This document shows, in pieces, positions 8,769 to 18,708 of a stretch of DNA of 40,504 bases. Every line of letters begins with the position of its first letter. The first letter of the stretch is position 1. A model generated the notes under the pieces. The model saw only the letters and a program-made list of their open reading frames with translations. It ran no database searches and was not told the DNA's origin. The stretch is taken from the IMG/VR virus record IMGVR_UViG_2526164632_000038; one strand, written 5' to 3'. Source of the DNA: a virus (Duplodnaviria; Heunggongvirae; Uroviricota; Caudoviricetes). Made by a program: the position numbers and the translations under genes.

Positions 8769-10756
8769 TAACCCACCCTCACCTGATTACTTCGCATGAC
8801 CTGAGCATTTGCAGACTGTTGCCGACGTGCAACCTCATTACCGACAGCGTGCGGATCTCCACCACCGTAAATGTGGTAGGTATTTTGCTGGTTAACCTCT
8901 GTCACTTTGCCACTAATTCCCGCCACGGCAGCCTTATTAATCAGCTCCCGAGAATAGATATTTCTTCCATTCTCATGCTGGATAATGCTGCTCATCAATG
9001 CTGACATGGTTTGCGGATCGCTCATATTCAGGGCAGCCCGGGGATCCACTCCCAGTCGTTGCGATACAGCCCTGATATACGCAGTTGTGTTGTTATTATC
9101 AGACGCAGGTGCCCAGGTAGAGATAATTTTCTCCACACTGTTTATTCCCCGTCCGGCGTACAGCATTAACTGACGAGCAAGAGCCCGTAATCCATCAAAA
9201 GCAGTTTCAAATCTGGCAAATCGCCCGCCCGGGCGTTCAAGAGAAGCCCCTGCCTGACCAGCAAAATTAAGGTTTCCCGGATTGTTATTCCGTTCTCCTC
9301 GTTTCGTAGCCTGTGCATGTTGTTCCGGCTCATCATCACCAAACCAGCCGCGTACCGTCCGGCCCACACTGCGGGGATCGAATCCCCAGTGCTCTTTAAT
9401 CCAGTCGGCAGTACTGTTAGCGCTGTCTGTAACCATCGGCATCGCTGACGGATTTTCGCTGCCCTGATTAAGTATCTGTTTGCCGATGCTGACGGCATCA
9501 GCCCAGCGGCCATCTTTGATAGCGTTGAGCAGGTCGGCGATCATGTTCAGCATTTTGCTGAATTCGCCCATCTGGTCGATGAAGTTGCTGAAATCCCACT
9601 TCAGGGACCATGATTTGGGGTCAATATTGAGCAGTTTCGCCAGCGCTTTCACCAGGTCGTTAACGGTCGTTTTAAGGTCACGAACCATCTTCAGCGCGGC
9701 ATCGACCTCCGGTTTCCACTTGCCCCAGTCAATCAGGCTGTCGCCGCCTTCCTTCCAGGTCTGATAGTCCTCCCACAGGAGGGCAATACCCGCCGCCAGC
9801 GCGGTAATGAGGCCAATCGGCGACATCCAGAACGTACTGTTCAGAATGCGCAGCGCAATCGTCAGTGCGCCAAACAGCGAGATCAACTCCCGCGTTTGCT
9901 TATCCAGCGATTGCCACCAGGTGATAAGGCCTGATGTCCCCTCAATCAGTCTGAAGAACAGCCGCCCGATAATATCCCCGAGCGCCAGAATGCCTTTTAT
10001 GGCTTTCGTCAGGGTCTGCTCGATACGAGGGAAGTTGTCCAGGATATGGCGGCGCAGGGTGTCCAGCGAACCCGCAAGCCCCCCCGCAAGATTAGAGCCG
10101 ATTTTGTCACGGGCCATGCCTGCCATCGCGCCAAACTCACGCAGGGAGGTCATAAATTTGTTGGAGCTTCTGGCCGCCTCGTCAGCATTGAAGCCGATAG
10201 CTTTCGCCATTGCGCTGTACTGCCCGGAGAAGCCACCCACACCCCGGCGCATCGCCATAAGGGTATTTTCGTCAATGCCCAGCATCTGCGCATACTGGTT
10301 AGCCCGGTAATACGGCATGCTGCTGAGTTTCTGTCCAACGCCCGTAAAAATAGCGGCCATGTCACGCATGTTACCGCTGGCATCACGGGTCTGTACGCCC
10401 AGGCGATTCAGAAAGCCTTCTGCACCGGGATTGTTACGAATAAACCGGGATAGGCTTTCCAGAGAAGATCGCGCAGCGTCCACGCTGCCGCCAACCTGCG
10501 AAACCGCATAGCCAATAGACTGAATTCCCTGGACTGTCGCGCCGGTGCGCTGTGACGCCCAGTAAAGATTATCCAGGCCGGAGGCGATCTTAGCCGTGAA
10601 GGCCACCACGGACAACGCAGCTCCTTCAACAGCCAGCCCCATTTTGATGACATTTGCAGTTGTACCGGCGAGGACAGAACCGAACTTTTTCGCTCCTGCA
10701 TCATCCACACTGAAGCCAAGCGAGACGAGGAAATCTTTAATAGTTTCAGCGTTCAT
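8768..10756 (-). CDS. Tail tape measure protein
   Basis: About 662 aa from ATG at 10756 (MNAETIKDF...) with GGAGAGAGGA upstream; long Ala/Gly-rich helical protein after chaperone, tube and sheath genes. Confidence 0.65.
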   Translation of the reverse strand: MNAETIKDFLVSLGFSVDDAGAKKFGSVLAGTTANVIKMGLAVEGAALSVVAFTAKIASGLDNLYWASQRTGATVQGIQSIGYAVSQVGGSVDAARSSLESLSRFIRNNPGAEGFLNRLGVQTRDASGNMRDMAAIFTGVGQKLSSMPYYRANQYAQMLGIDENTLMAMRRGVGGFSGQYSAMAKAIGFNADEAARSSNKFMTSLREFGAMAGMARDKIGSNLAGGLAGSLDTLRRHILDNFPRIEQTLTKAIKGILALGDIIGRLFFRLIEGTSGLITWWQSLDKQTRELISLFGALTIALRILNSTFWMSPIGLITALAAGIALLWEDYQTWKEGGDSLIDWGKWKPEVDAALKMVRDLKTTVNDLVKALAKLLNIDPKSWSLKWDFSNFIDQMGEFSKMLNMIADLLNAIKDGRWADAVSIGKQILNQGSENPSAMPMVTDSANSTADWIKEHWGFDPRSVGRTVRGWFGDDEPEQHAQATKRGERNNNPGNLNFAGQAGASLERPGGRFARFETAFDGLRALARQLMLYAGRGINSVEKIISTWAPASDNNNTTAYIRAVSQRLGVDPRAALNMSDPQTMSALMSSIIQHENGRNIYSRELINKAAVAGISGKVTEVNQQNTYHIYGGGDPHAVGNEVARRQQSANAQVMRSNQVRVG

Positions 10757-10985
10757 TATCCTCTCTCCATTTCTCAATGCGTCGCTGGTTATCCGCTTTT
10801 ACCGCCAGATGGTCATTCAAGAGAGCAATGTCATACAAATCGACAGAGCCATCTTTAAGTGCTGTATAAGGAATTAACCCGGCGTCAACCGGATTGAGAA
10901 GGTAGGACAGCCCGTCCGGCAGGCTGTTAAACGTCAGCCCTGTTGCAGGCTCTGCGTCGTGCTGGTAAGGGGTGTAGGCAAAAAA
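10746..10985 (-). other. -1 frame extension of the tail assembly chaperone (putative programmed frameshift product)
   Basis: Slippery heptamer T TTT TTG at 10985..10979 in the chaperone 0 frame; the -1 frame is then open for 74 codons with no start codon of its own and ends at a TGA overlapping the tape measure start. Confidence 0.5.
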
Positions 10986-11386
10986 TTTCCCAGCGAATCG
11001 GCGACCACCCGCGCCACCAGCTGCAGCATGACCAGCAAGTCAATATCATCAAACATCAGTTCGCCCTGGGTAAATACCGGCACCCATCCGTCCATATGAC
11101 GCCGCGATACCACCGCAAGACAGGGATGAATAATCGCATCGGTGTCATCTTCGGTCAGGGAAGACAGTTCCTCAGCGATACGCGGGAGCATGGTTTCAAA
11201 CACCGGTTTTAACTGTTCGAATTTCACGGTGTCGATTTTGCCGTCAGCAGGCAAACGGGAGCGAATACTCCCGAAATCTGACATCATTCCTGCCAGCACC
11301 GGCAGAAGTTTGCGGGTCACTTTCAGCTGGTCAAAAACGCTGAGTTTTGCCGTGCGATATTTCACGCCTTTAATTTCGAATTCCAT
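10934..11386 (-). CDS. Tail assembly chaperone
   Basis: 150-aa ORF between tail tube and tape measure; carries the slippery site near its 3' end. Confidence 0.55.
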   Translation of the reverse strand: MEFEIKGVKYRTAKLSVFDQLKVTRKLLPVLAGMMSDFGSIRSRLPADGKIDTVKFEQLKPVFETMLPRIAEELSSLTEDDTDAIIHPCLAVVSRRHMDGWVPVFTQGELMFDDIDLLVMLQLVARVVADSLGNFLPTPLTSTTQSLQQG

Positions 11387-11389
11387 GCA

Positions 11390-11830
11390 TTAAAACTCCC
11401 CGAGAACCTGGTCAATCTTGCCGCAGTCAAACACCCACGGCATCGTATTACCGGTTTTAGCGTTGGCGTTATCCGGTTGTTTCTGGAACGCAACACTGCG
11501 TGCCGTGATGATGTCGCCGCTGACCTTGTTGCGGATCACGATAACGTTATTCCCCCATGTGGCAGAAGACTGGCTCTGTGCGTTATACGCCAGCGACAAT
11601 TTTTTATTTGTCGGTGATGTCTTCAGAAGGTTAACGGTAATCGTCCCGCTTTTATCTGCATGGAGACTGTGCATCACTTCGCCATCAGCACCGATGGTCA
11701 TGGTGTTTTTAGGACCGCCCATCGCAACCACAATCCCCTCTTCAGAACTTGCCGAACCGTACCCGAGGTCAATCGAACCTGTCGGCCCGGTCAGCGTCGC
11801 AGTGACATCCATAAAAGAATAGGTAGACAT
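11390..11830 (-). CDS. Tail tube protein
   Basis: 146-aa ORF immediately after the sheath-like gene. Confidence 0.5.
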   Translation of the reverse strand: MSTYSFMDVTATLTGPTGSIDLGYGSASSEEGIVVAMGGPKNTMTIGADGEVMHSLHADKSGTITVNLLKTSPTNKKLSLAYNAQSQSSATWGNNVIVIRNKVSGDIITARSVAFQKQPDNANAKTGNTMPWVFDCGKIDQVLGEF

Positions 11831-11840
11831 TCACTTCCCC

Positions 11841-12986
11841 TTAGCGAACAACGTTAATCTGTACGTCAGCGTAATGAACCGCGCCTGCAAGTTTTATTGC
11901 AGCCTGAATCACCGGAGCCTTACGGGCTTCACGTTCTGATTGAGCCTGTTCATCCAGCGGCTGAGCGTATACGTAATAACCTTTGGGCAGTGTGTCACCT
12001 GATGACAACTGACCAAGGTCGCCCCCGTTCCATACGCCCGGAGCAATCAGTCCATTCTGAACGGCCTGATCCAGTGATTTTTCAACATTTGATAACAGTC
12101 GGGTAATACCGGCTTCAGTCTGGGGAACTTTCGTGGTGCTGGTATAAAGCAGGTTATAGAGGTTGGTCTGCACATAATTCTGTAACCAGTCCAGGCCGTG
12201 GCGTTCATCAAAGAAATCGCCGTTAGCCATCACTCCCTGCTGGAGGATAGCCGTATCATTCTGGTAGTACACGAATACATTGCAGTTTTTTGCATCAAGT
12301 GCCGATGCCTGGCTGACTGTCAGTGTTTCATACCCGATACCCGGCTCCTGCTTAAACTTGAGCGTAATCGCGGTATTACTGCCATTGAAATTAACCGTGA
12401 ATGCCCGGCCAAATGCAGATAACGCAGCGTATTTATTACCCGATGAATACTGAATAAAACTGCGTGAATATCCGGCGGTTTTCAGTTTTGATGCCAAATC
12501 ATCGCTGGATGCAGTCTGCAGGCATTTCTCATCGCTTGTCGTAATCGCCAGAATACGGCTTACAGAAGAGGATTCGATCGCCGCAGCCACTTTCAGCCAG
12601 TCTGCATCCTGAATATCTTCATCGTCTGCAATCCCCAGCCCATACCATGAAGTATAATCAAGCATGGCATTCACAGCCTGCTCCAGCGTCTCAGGCGTGG
12701 CCTGTTCGCTGTCTCCCTTCGTTTTCACCCAACGACCAACAAAAACCTCCTGAGGTTTCGGTGATTGAGAGAAAAACACCTGCGCAGCCTTATATTCTGG
12801 TGATTCCACGCCAAAATCTTTTCCAATATCTTCCGCGGCAGAATAACGGCGAATGCGCTCACTTACCGGAATGATTGTGGACGGGCCGAGAATGAGTAAT
12901 GCACCAAAATTTCGCCCTGATGCTGCACGCGGCGACATGATCACATCAACATTAACAACGTTTGATACAGGCAAGCCCTGTGCCAT
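11841..12986 (-). CDS. Tail sheath-like protein
   Basis: 381-aa ORF preceding tube and chaperone (contractile-tail gene order). Confidence 0.5.
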   Translation of the reverse strand: MAQGLPVSNVVNVDVIMSPRAASGRNFGALLILGPSTIIPVSERIRRYSAAEDIGKDFGVESPEYKAAQVFFSQSPKPQEVFVGRWVKTKGDSEQATPETLEQAVNAMLDYTSWYGLGIADDEDIQDADWLKVAAAIESSSVSRILAITTSDEKCLQTASSDDLASKLKTAGYSRSFIQYSSGNKYAALSAFGRAFTVNFNGSNTAITLKFKQEPGIGYETLTVSQASALDAKNCNVFVYYQNDTAILQQGVMANGDFFDERHGLDWLQNYVQTNLYNLLYTSTTKVPQTEAGITRLLSNVEKSLDQAVQNGLIAPGVWNGGDLGQLSSGDTLPKGYYVYAQPLDEQAQSEREARKAPVIQAAIKLAGAVHYADVQINVVR

Positions 12987-12989
12987 AGC

Positions 12990-13556
12990 TTAATCTCCGA
13001 AAAAGATGACTGGTGCATCCACCAGCGATTTAATACCGTACTCGCGCACAACCTTCCGGCGCAGGCGCACCGTCATATCGTAGCGGCGGACCCATTGCTG
13101 ATTAATAAGTTCAGGGAAGGGAGTCAGACCTGTGTAATCGCCAAGAGACAGCCCCAGCGCATTCAGTGCTGCATTGTTCTGCGGCACAGATATACCGTCA
13201 CGAAACCGGGACGCATACACCATCCCCGCCGGTCCATAAAACGAAGCCATACACTCAATCGTTTCATGCCGCCAGAGCTGAGAGCCATCATCGGTCTGTC
13301 TGGTGAATGCCGGACTGTCATCACCTGACCATCCGATAACCCCAAACGCACACCAGTTCGTTTCAACCGGTAGCAGTGGCGGCTGCTCTTTCTGCCAGCG
13401 CGGGCGAACCATCCCGGCAGACAGACCGGAAACGTTACGTATCCACTGGCTTAACAGCCTGTCGAGCGCTTCGTCATAATCCGGATCGCCACTGGTTGGT
13501 ATTAACCATCCGCGCTCTGTACTGGTGTTATTGCTCAACCGGAGTTCCCCCATCAA
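12990..13556 (-). CDS. Neck/tail completion protein
   Basis: 188-aa ORF between head-tail joining genes and the sheath. Confidence 0.35.
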   Translation of the reverse strand: MMGELRLSNNTSTERGWLIPTSGDPDYDEALDRLLSQWIRNVSGLSAGMVRPRWQKEQPPLLPVETNWCAFGVIGWSGDDSPAFTRQTDDGSQLWRHETIECMASFYGPAGMVYASRFRDGISVPQNNAALNALGLSLGDYTGLTPFPELINQQWVRRYDMTVRLRRKVVREYGIKSLVDAPVIFFGD

Positions 13557-13917
13557 ACGGCATCAACTCACAATGCGCCTGAACGAATCCGGCCCCATAA
13601 GCTGTATACGGGTCGACGAAGGTCACACGGTAATCACGGCCCTGATACGTCACGATATCGGCATCACGGCCAGTCTGTCCCTGCGTCAGTCGCTCAGTCG
13701 TCACAATCAGAATTGCACCACTGATTACCTGCCCGGCCTGCATACGACGGTTTTCCAGAGAGCGATCAACAGTAACGACTCCGGCAAACTGCTTTTTAAC
13801 TTCGCTGTCGCTGCCGATTCCGTCCTCATCCACCGTTTGCACACGGCGTGTTACCCACAAATTGAAGTCGCAAAAATCGGGGTCAAAAAGCACATCTGTT
13901 ACATCAAGAGTCGGCAT
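13528..13917 (-). CDS. Head-tail joining protein
   Basis: 129-aa ORF; operon position. Confidence 0.35.
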   Translation of the reverse strand: MPTLDVTDVLFDPDFCDFNLWVTRRVQTVDEDGIGSDSEVKKQFAGVVTVDRSLENRRMQAGQVISGAILIVTTERLTQGQTGRDADIVTYQGRDYRVTFVDPYTAYGAGFVQAHCELMPFDGGTPVEQ

Positions 13918-14458
13918 CTTTATCCCTCACTACATGGGTAATAGCTCTGCGATATTGCCCGGTGTCAATTAATGGTTTCGCCAGATCGGTTCCGGGAGAT
14001 TCGCCAGCAACACGCCGGGCAAGTTCCAGTGTTGCCCCCTTGCGCCCCCGACGAGCCCGGGCTTCAACAGTACTGTCAGCAAGCGGCGTAAAGCCGGTAA
14101 TGGTCATGTAACGCCTGACGCCATTAACGGCCAGCGTTCCGGCACGGTTGAGTGCACTTTCTGCTCCCGCAGCATTACCATCAAGTGCAGCCTGCGCCGC
14201 GGCTTTAAGCTGCGGCACCGTCTGCTCTTCTGCCGATTTAACGCCGGGGACCAGGTGAGGTCGTGGCGGGATGTTCTGCTCTGGTGAGCCGTATTCGTTG
14301 AGGTAACCGATGCCCGCATTACCAAACGGAACATCATCCCGTTCGCTGTCTTCCGAAGGGATGCCGACCAGCACATCTTTTTTGGTTAACGACCTGAGCG
14401 CATCCAGAATGGCCTTAGCGTTATCCACCCTCGTTGTTACACCGCTTTTGAAACTCAT
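13904..14458 (-). CDS. Head-tail connector/adaptor protein
   Basis: 184-aa ORF; operon position. Confidence 0.35.
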   Translation of the reverse strand: MSFKSGVTTRVDNAKAILDALRSLTKKDVLVGIPSEDSERDDVPFGNAGIGYLNEYGSPEQNIPPRPHLVPGVKSAEEQTVPQLKAAAQAALDGNAAGAESALNRAGTLAVNGVRRYMTITGFTPLADSTVEARARRGRKGATLELARRVAGESPGTDLAKPLIDTGQYRRAITHVVRDKDADS

Positions 14459-14862
14459 AGCTGGCGACCGCCTGCACCGAACATCGTGATCAACTGATAA
14501 AATTCAGCGCCATATCGGGTGTTATTCCAGAAACCTGCATCAGGATTCAGCGTCGCGCTGGTGTCATAGCTGACGCTTACCTTATCCACGGACTTTGAGG
14601 ACTGAACACCATTGGTTGAACCGCCCGGACCACCAGCCAGCATCGCTCTGCTGTCAGCCGCCCAGAGCGTCATGTAGTGAGCAACGAACAACCCGGCAAA
14701 GTACGGAAACAACTTTTTGCCGGTGACATTTTCGCTCAGCAGTTCATCGGCCAGATTCAGACGGAACCCGATTTGGGCGTCGGGATATTTTGCCGGGTCA
14801 GCAAACTGCGGGAAGTCGCGGCGAAAATCACTTACCGCTGGCAGACTTTGATTCTTTGACAT
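14455..14862 (-). CDS. Head-proximal structural protein
   Basis: ATG at 14862 ([13 protein letters not shown]...); listed ORF has an upstream extension overlapping the previous gene. Confidence 0.35.
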   Translation of the reverse strand: MSKNQSLPAVSDFRRDFPQFADPAKYPDAQIGFRLNLADELLSENVTGKKLFPYFAGLFVAHYMTLWAADSRAMLAGGPGGSTNGVQSSKSVDKVSVSYDTSATLNPDAGFWNNTRYGAEFYQLITMFGAGGRQL

Positions 14863-15196
14863 CTTTAGCCCCATTACCGCCAGTCCGGGCGGCAGTAATC
14901 TGCGCCTGCAGGCTGTCGTTCTGCTCCTGCAGTTTGAGCAATGCATCTTTAAGATCGGCAATCAGCTTATCTTTGTCGGCAATCTGCGCTTGCAGGCCGT
15001 CGATAATGGGTTGCAGATCATCGGTGTCGCTAATCACGCTTTCGGAAAGCTCAGAGTGCGCCTGGGTGAACCAGTGCGACGCGACCTCTTCCGGTACGTT
15101 ATGCCGTCCCCGGCCAAACTCCTGTTTTGACTGATCGCCGAGCGTCAGCGTAAACGGGGTGTGAACATGGATGGTAACCAGCTTTTCTTTCGCCAT
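14828..15196 (-). CDS. Coiled-coil phage protein downstream of the capsid gene
   Basis: ATG at 15196 with AAGGAAA upstream ([12 protein letters not shown]...); heptad-like segment [33 protein letters not shown]. Confidence 0.4.
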   Translation of the reverse strand: MAKEKLVTIHVHTPFTLTLGDQSKQEFGRGRHNVPEEVASHWFTQAHSELSESVISDTDDLQPIIDGLQAQIADKDKLIADLKDALLKLQEQNDSLQAQITAARTGGNGAKDVKESKSASGK

Positions 15197-15236
15197 TTCA
15201 GTTTCCTTCAGGCCCCTTTCGGGGCCATTCTGGTTA

Positions 15237-16178
15237 TCAGATACCGTCCACATAGGACAGAGTTTCTTTATACACTGGCTCGACTGCACCCAGCTTGCCG
15301 TAGTAAGTGACGATCTGATACAGGCCGCGATACTGCACCGGCACGCTCTGAAGCGGAACCAGCGGGTAGCGGACGTATTTTTTATCGTTGGTGTACGCAA
15401 CCATGCGATCCTTATTCCCCACACCACGGCCTTTCAGCCATTTAACCGCGCGGATATTCAGCGGAACACCGTTCTGGTGATAGCTGATGGTGTTGGTCTG
15501 AAGGTACGTCAACAGGGACTGGTTACCCGCAGATGAAACGATGATGCTGGACAACAGAGCAAACTGTTCAGGCGGGATCAGCAAATCACGCGGGACCACA
15601 GAGTAACCAGAAGCGGCCCACGCATCAGACAGCACCTGGTTAATGCTTGCGCGGATTTCGTCCGGTGTTGAGGTTGCCCACGTTTTGGCAGCGTTGTTGA
15701 CAGGCACGCCGTCCAGGGTAACAAGGCCTTTCAGGTTTAATGCGGAATCGCCAACATATACCTGTTCATCGTTATCCATCTGCCATTTCAGTTGCATCCC
15801 GTCATACTTCTGCGTATCAATCGGGCGGCCGACCTGCTGAGCAGCCTGCAATTCTATGACCGTCCAGCCAAGTTCCATCCCCCACAGGTTCAGCGGGTTA
15901 CCGGATTTGCCGGTATCCACGTTCACGCCAGCAATAGCGGTTGAGTCTTTGCCTACCCAGTTTTTGCCATTCGGATTTGCACCAGTACCCGCAGCGGCGA
16001 AGCTGGTATTCGTCCAGCTGGAAATGTCATCTGCGATAGAGACATCTTCACGCAACTGAATATCGCGGGTCCAGGTGTACCCCACCAGTGGCAGGTTCAG
16101 CGTCTGGTCGAGTCGCTCCAGCTCCCCGATGAGAAAGGCACCAGAGCTGTCAACGGTTGCCTGATCAAAAGTAATCAT
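15237..16178 (-). CDS. Major capsid protein
   Basis: 313-aa ORF following scaffold-like and decoration-like genes. Confidence 0.55.
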   Translation of the reverse strand: MITFDQATVDSSGAFLIGELERLDQTLNLPLVGYTWTRDIQLREDVSIADDISSWTNTSFAAAGTGANPNGKNWVGKDSTAIAGVNVDTGKSGNPLNLWGMELGWTVIELQAAQQVGRPIDTQKYDGMQLKWQMDNDEQVYVGDSALNLKGLVTLDGVPVNNAAKTWATSTPDEIRASINQVLSDAWAASGYSVVPRDLLIPPEQFALLSSIIVSSAGNQSLLTYLQTNTISYHQNGVPLNIRAVKWLKGRGVGNKDRMVAYTNDKKYVRYPLVPLQSVPVQYRGLYQIVTYYGKLGAVEPVYKETLSYVDGI

Positions 16179-16189
16179 TCGTCTGTTCC

Positions 16190-16696
16190 TTAAATCTTCC
16201 AGGAAATTTCTGCATTGCCGTTAGCATCACCGGCACCTGTGAATTCAGCGTTGGTCAGCACCACATTTTTGCCACTGACTGACGTGGACATGAATCCACC
16301 CAGCGGCACTTTGATGGATTCATCAGTGGAGACGACAACGTATACCGGGTCGCCTTTTTTGATAGTGCTGGCATCAAAATCAGAACCGAGATTAACGGTC
16401 ACGTAGCCACGCTTCATGGCGTCGCCCGGGAAGTTCTTGCCTGTTCCCACCTGGCGAACCATGTCCGGCTGCGACGTGGTCGGATAAGGGCGCACGTAGA
16501 TCCCCTTCACCTTGTCTGCGGTATCACCATCTGCCAGCGGCACGAAAAAACCGTCATCATCGTATTTACCAGCCAGCCCATAGGCAGCGAAGGCGTTATC
16601 GGATTTAAGGACCACCGGTTCGACGGTTAAGTCCTGCGGGCGAGAGACAGCCCCGGCAATACCAACAGGCATCCGGTACAGAAATACATTATTCAT
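16190..16696 (-). CDS. Head structural/decoration-like protein
   Basis: 168-aa ORF between the scaffold-like gene and the capsid gene. Confidence 0.4.
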   Translation of the reverse strand: MNNVFLYRMPVGIAGAVSRPQDLTVEPVVLKSDNAFAAYGLAGKYDDDGFFVPLADGDTADKVKGIYVRPYPTTSQPDMVRQVGTGKNFPGDAMKRGYVTVNLGSDFDASTIKKGDPVYVVVSTDESIKVPLGGFMSTSVSGKNVVLTNAEFTGAGDANGNAEISWKI

Positions 16697-16699
16697 TTT

Positions 16700-17920
16700 T
16701 TACCCTTTACGGTTTGCCCAGAATTCAGCGTTTTGTTTGTTCAGGGAAGCGATACTGGTCATGCCCATGTTTAGGCGCTGTGCATCGCCGGTGGTGGCGC
16801 GGGTGTTTCGCCCTTTGGCAATCTCAGACACGGCATTAAACGCCATGTCGACCGATTGTTTCGGCAATTTGCGGATATCCGCATCACCGACTATCTGGCG
16901 AACCAGCGTTTTGTCAGCGGAAGCCAGAACCTCGCGTTTGAACGCGGTCGGTTTCATCTTACGGCTCAGATCGATACCCGGAACAATAACTTCGGCACGC
17001 CAGGCTGAGTCACCAGTAATCGTGGTTTCCTCTTCATCGTCCTCGCCGTCACCGGTCGGATTATCGTCAGGCTTATTATCGTTATCGCCCGTGGCATTTC
17101 CTTCCAGCTTAGCCAGCAGGGCTTTCAGTAATGTTTTGAGGTCATCATCACTGTCGCCGGTTGGGCCTCCCCCCATCTCTGGTGCTTTGTCCGGTAGTGG
17201 TTGCTGCGGGGACAGGTTGATATTGAGATTAACGCCCTGCGGCAAATCCCCCTCATCTCCTGTAACCGATGCGGGAGCCGACTCCACCAGTTCGTTCATG
17301 GTGTCGGCATCTCCTGTCTTGATGGCCGCACGCATGCGGTTCCACCAGTTTTTCTTTTGATTTGCCATTGTGTCTCTGTCTCCAATTGCACAACGATTTC
17401 CGGCTCTGCCTTTAGGGACAAGAGCCACATGGTTTCCGGTAATATCGACCTGCTCAGCTTTACCTGGCTCGGTCTGCTCGTACTCCGCGTCATAGCCGCA
17501 CGACACTTCGCGCAGGCCATCTTCGATAAGCTGAATGGCGTTTTCGTCTTTGACGATAAGGTCAGCCAGCATCAAATCAGACTGCTCACCCGTCCCGCGC
17601 CGGACATTCTGGAGGTGCCCGACAGCAAGCTCTTTCCAGTTCTCGGGATTTACCAGCCGCACATTCCCGTTTTCATCTTCAGGATGCAGAATCGTGATGC
17701 TCATCCCTTCGAATGAGGCAAGCGTGGCCGGATGGAATACCTGCTCAGGAGAACGCGTGACGACTATTTCACCGAACTTATCGGGTTTCAGTTTTGGCAG
17801 GTCATCAGCACCATAGAGCTGCTTACCTGTTCGTCCTATCGGCACGTCTCTGCACAGCAACGAGCCGTCAGCCAGCTGATAGCGGGTTTCCCCCAGCCGG
17901 GTATTGAAAAAATATTTCAT
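16700..17920 (-). CDS. Head scaffolding/prohead-protease-like protein with acidic linker
   Basis: 406-aa ORF with Asp/Glu-rich low-complexity stretch (GDNDNKPDDNPTGDGEDDEEE); position after the head morphogenesis gene. Confidence 0.4.
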   Translation of the reverse strand: MKYFFNTRLGETRYQLADGSLLCRDVPIGRTGKQLYGADDLPKLKPDKFGEIVVTRSPEQVFHPATLASFEGMSITILHPEDENGNVRLVNPENWKELAVGHLQNVRRGTGEQSDLMLADLIVKDENAIQLIEDGLREVSCGYDAEYEQTEPGKAEQVDITGNHVALVPKGRAGNRCAIGDRDTMANQKKNWWNRMRAAIKTGDADTMNELVESAPASVTGDEGDLPQGVNLNINLSPQQPLPDKAPEMGGGPTGDSDDDLKTLLKALLAKLEGNATGDNDNKPDDNPTGDGEDDEEETTITGDSAWRAEVIVPGIDLSRKMKPTAFKREVLASADKTLVRQIVGDADIRKLPKQSVDMAFNAVSEIAKGRNTRATTGDAQRLNMGMTSIASLNKQNAEFWANRKG

Positions 17921-17934
17921 GTGTTACCTGCGAT

Positions 17935-18708
17935 TCAGGCGGGATAAGATTGGGAGGTGGGAAAAACGATTTCTTTATAACAGCGACAATTCGGGAGCTC
18001 GCCAGCGTGACCTGTCATGCCGTCAAGCGTTGGAGGTTTGCCCCATTCGACAAATTTACCTTCCATTTCCCGATGAGAATGCCTGACGTCACCATCTTCG
18101 GCTGTACGCCAGATATAACTATTCGAACCAATTGACAGCGCACGCGCCTGATCCAGCGCGCCGGTTGCACGTCCAAGTTCAGTACGGGCAATCAGGTCAG
18201 CTCTGGACTTTGCTATATCACCCGATGCGGCTATTTCTTTAGCAAAATATTCTGCTCTCCCACCGGTCACAACAGCTTCTGTCGCCCGATTCTGGATGTC
18301 GTACACCCTGTCAGCCGCCTCGAGGGGGAGCGATTTGATGTACTTGACCTGTTCGGCGATGATGGATTGCATCACCTGGCCCACAGGAGCGCTTTCCACA
18401 AGATTGCGGAGCTCGCGACTGATGTTCTTGCTGTGTTGCCGCCAAACTTTCTCGTTCTGCCGGGTTAGGTCCGCAGTAAAGTTTTCCGCGACCTTTGTCG
18501 CCCAGGGGGTGATGATTTCACTGTAGCGTTCCAGCGCCTCAATAATTTCCGTGATACTGTCATTTGAACCATCGTAGCGACCATTTACGATGTCTCCGAC
18601 CGCCCGCGCTATCCTGCGTAGGCTGGTTCGATAGCGGATTTCCGCCTGACGGTTCCTGCGGTTCGTCATCAGATTCGCCGATGCCGGGCGGCGCTTCATC
18701 TTCGGCAT
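17935..18708 (-). CDS. Head morphogenesis protein (Mu F / SPP1 gp7-like)
   Basis: 257-aa ORF directly after the portal; true start may lie downstream of the listed one. Confidence 0.5.
   Translation of the reverse strand: MPKMKRRPASANLMTNRRNRQAEIRYRTSLRRIARAVGDIVNGRYDGSNDSITEIIEALERYSEIITPWATKVAENFTADLTRQNEKVWRQHSKNISRELRNLVESAPVGQVMQSIIAEQVKYIKSLPLEAADRVYDIQNRATEAVVTGGRAEYFAKEIAASGDIAKSRADLIARTELGRATGALDQARALSIGSNSYIWRTAEDGDVRHSHREMEGKFVEWGKPPTLDGMTGHAGELPNCRCYKEIVFPTSQSYPA

Noticed and set aside
8768-9400. Possible peptidoglycan-hydrolase-like domain in the tape measure C-terminus (motif ERNNNPGNL)
   Set aside because: The motif felt familiar but I cannot tie it to a defined catalytic family from memory; left unannotated.
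9166-10719. Multiple ORFs on both strands inside the tape measure gene
   Set aside because: All are embedded in or antisense to the long tape measure ORF, which has the SD and operon context.
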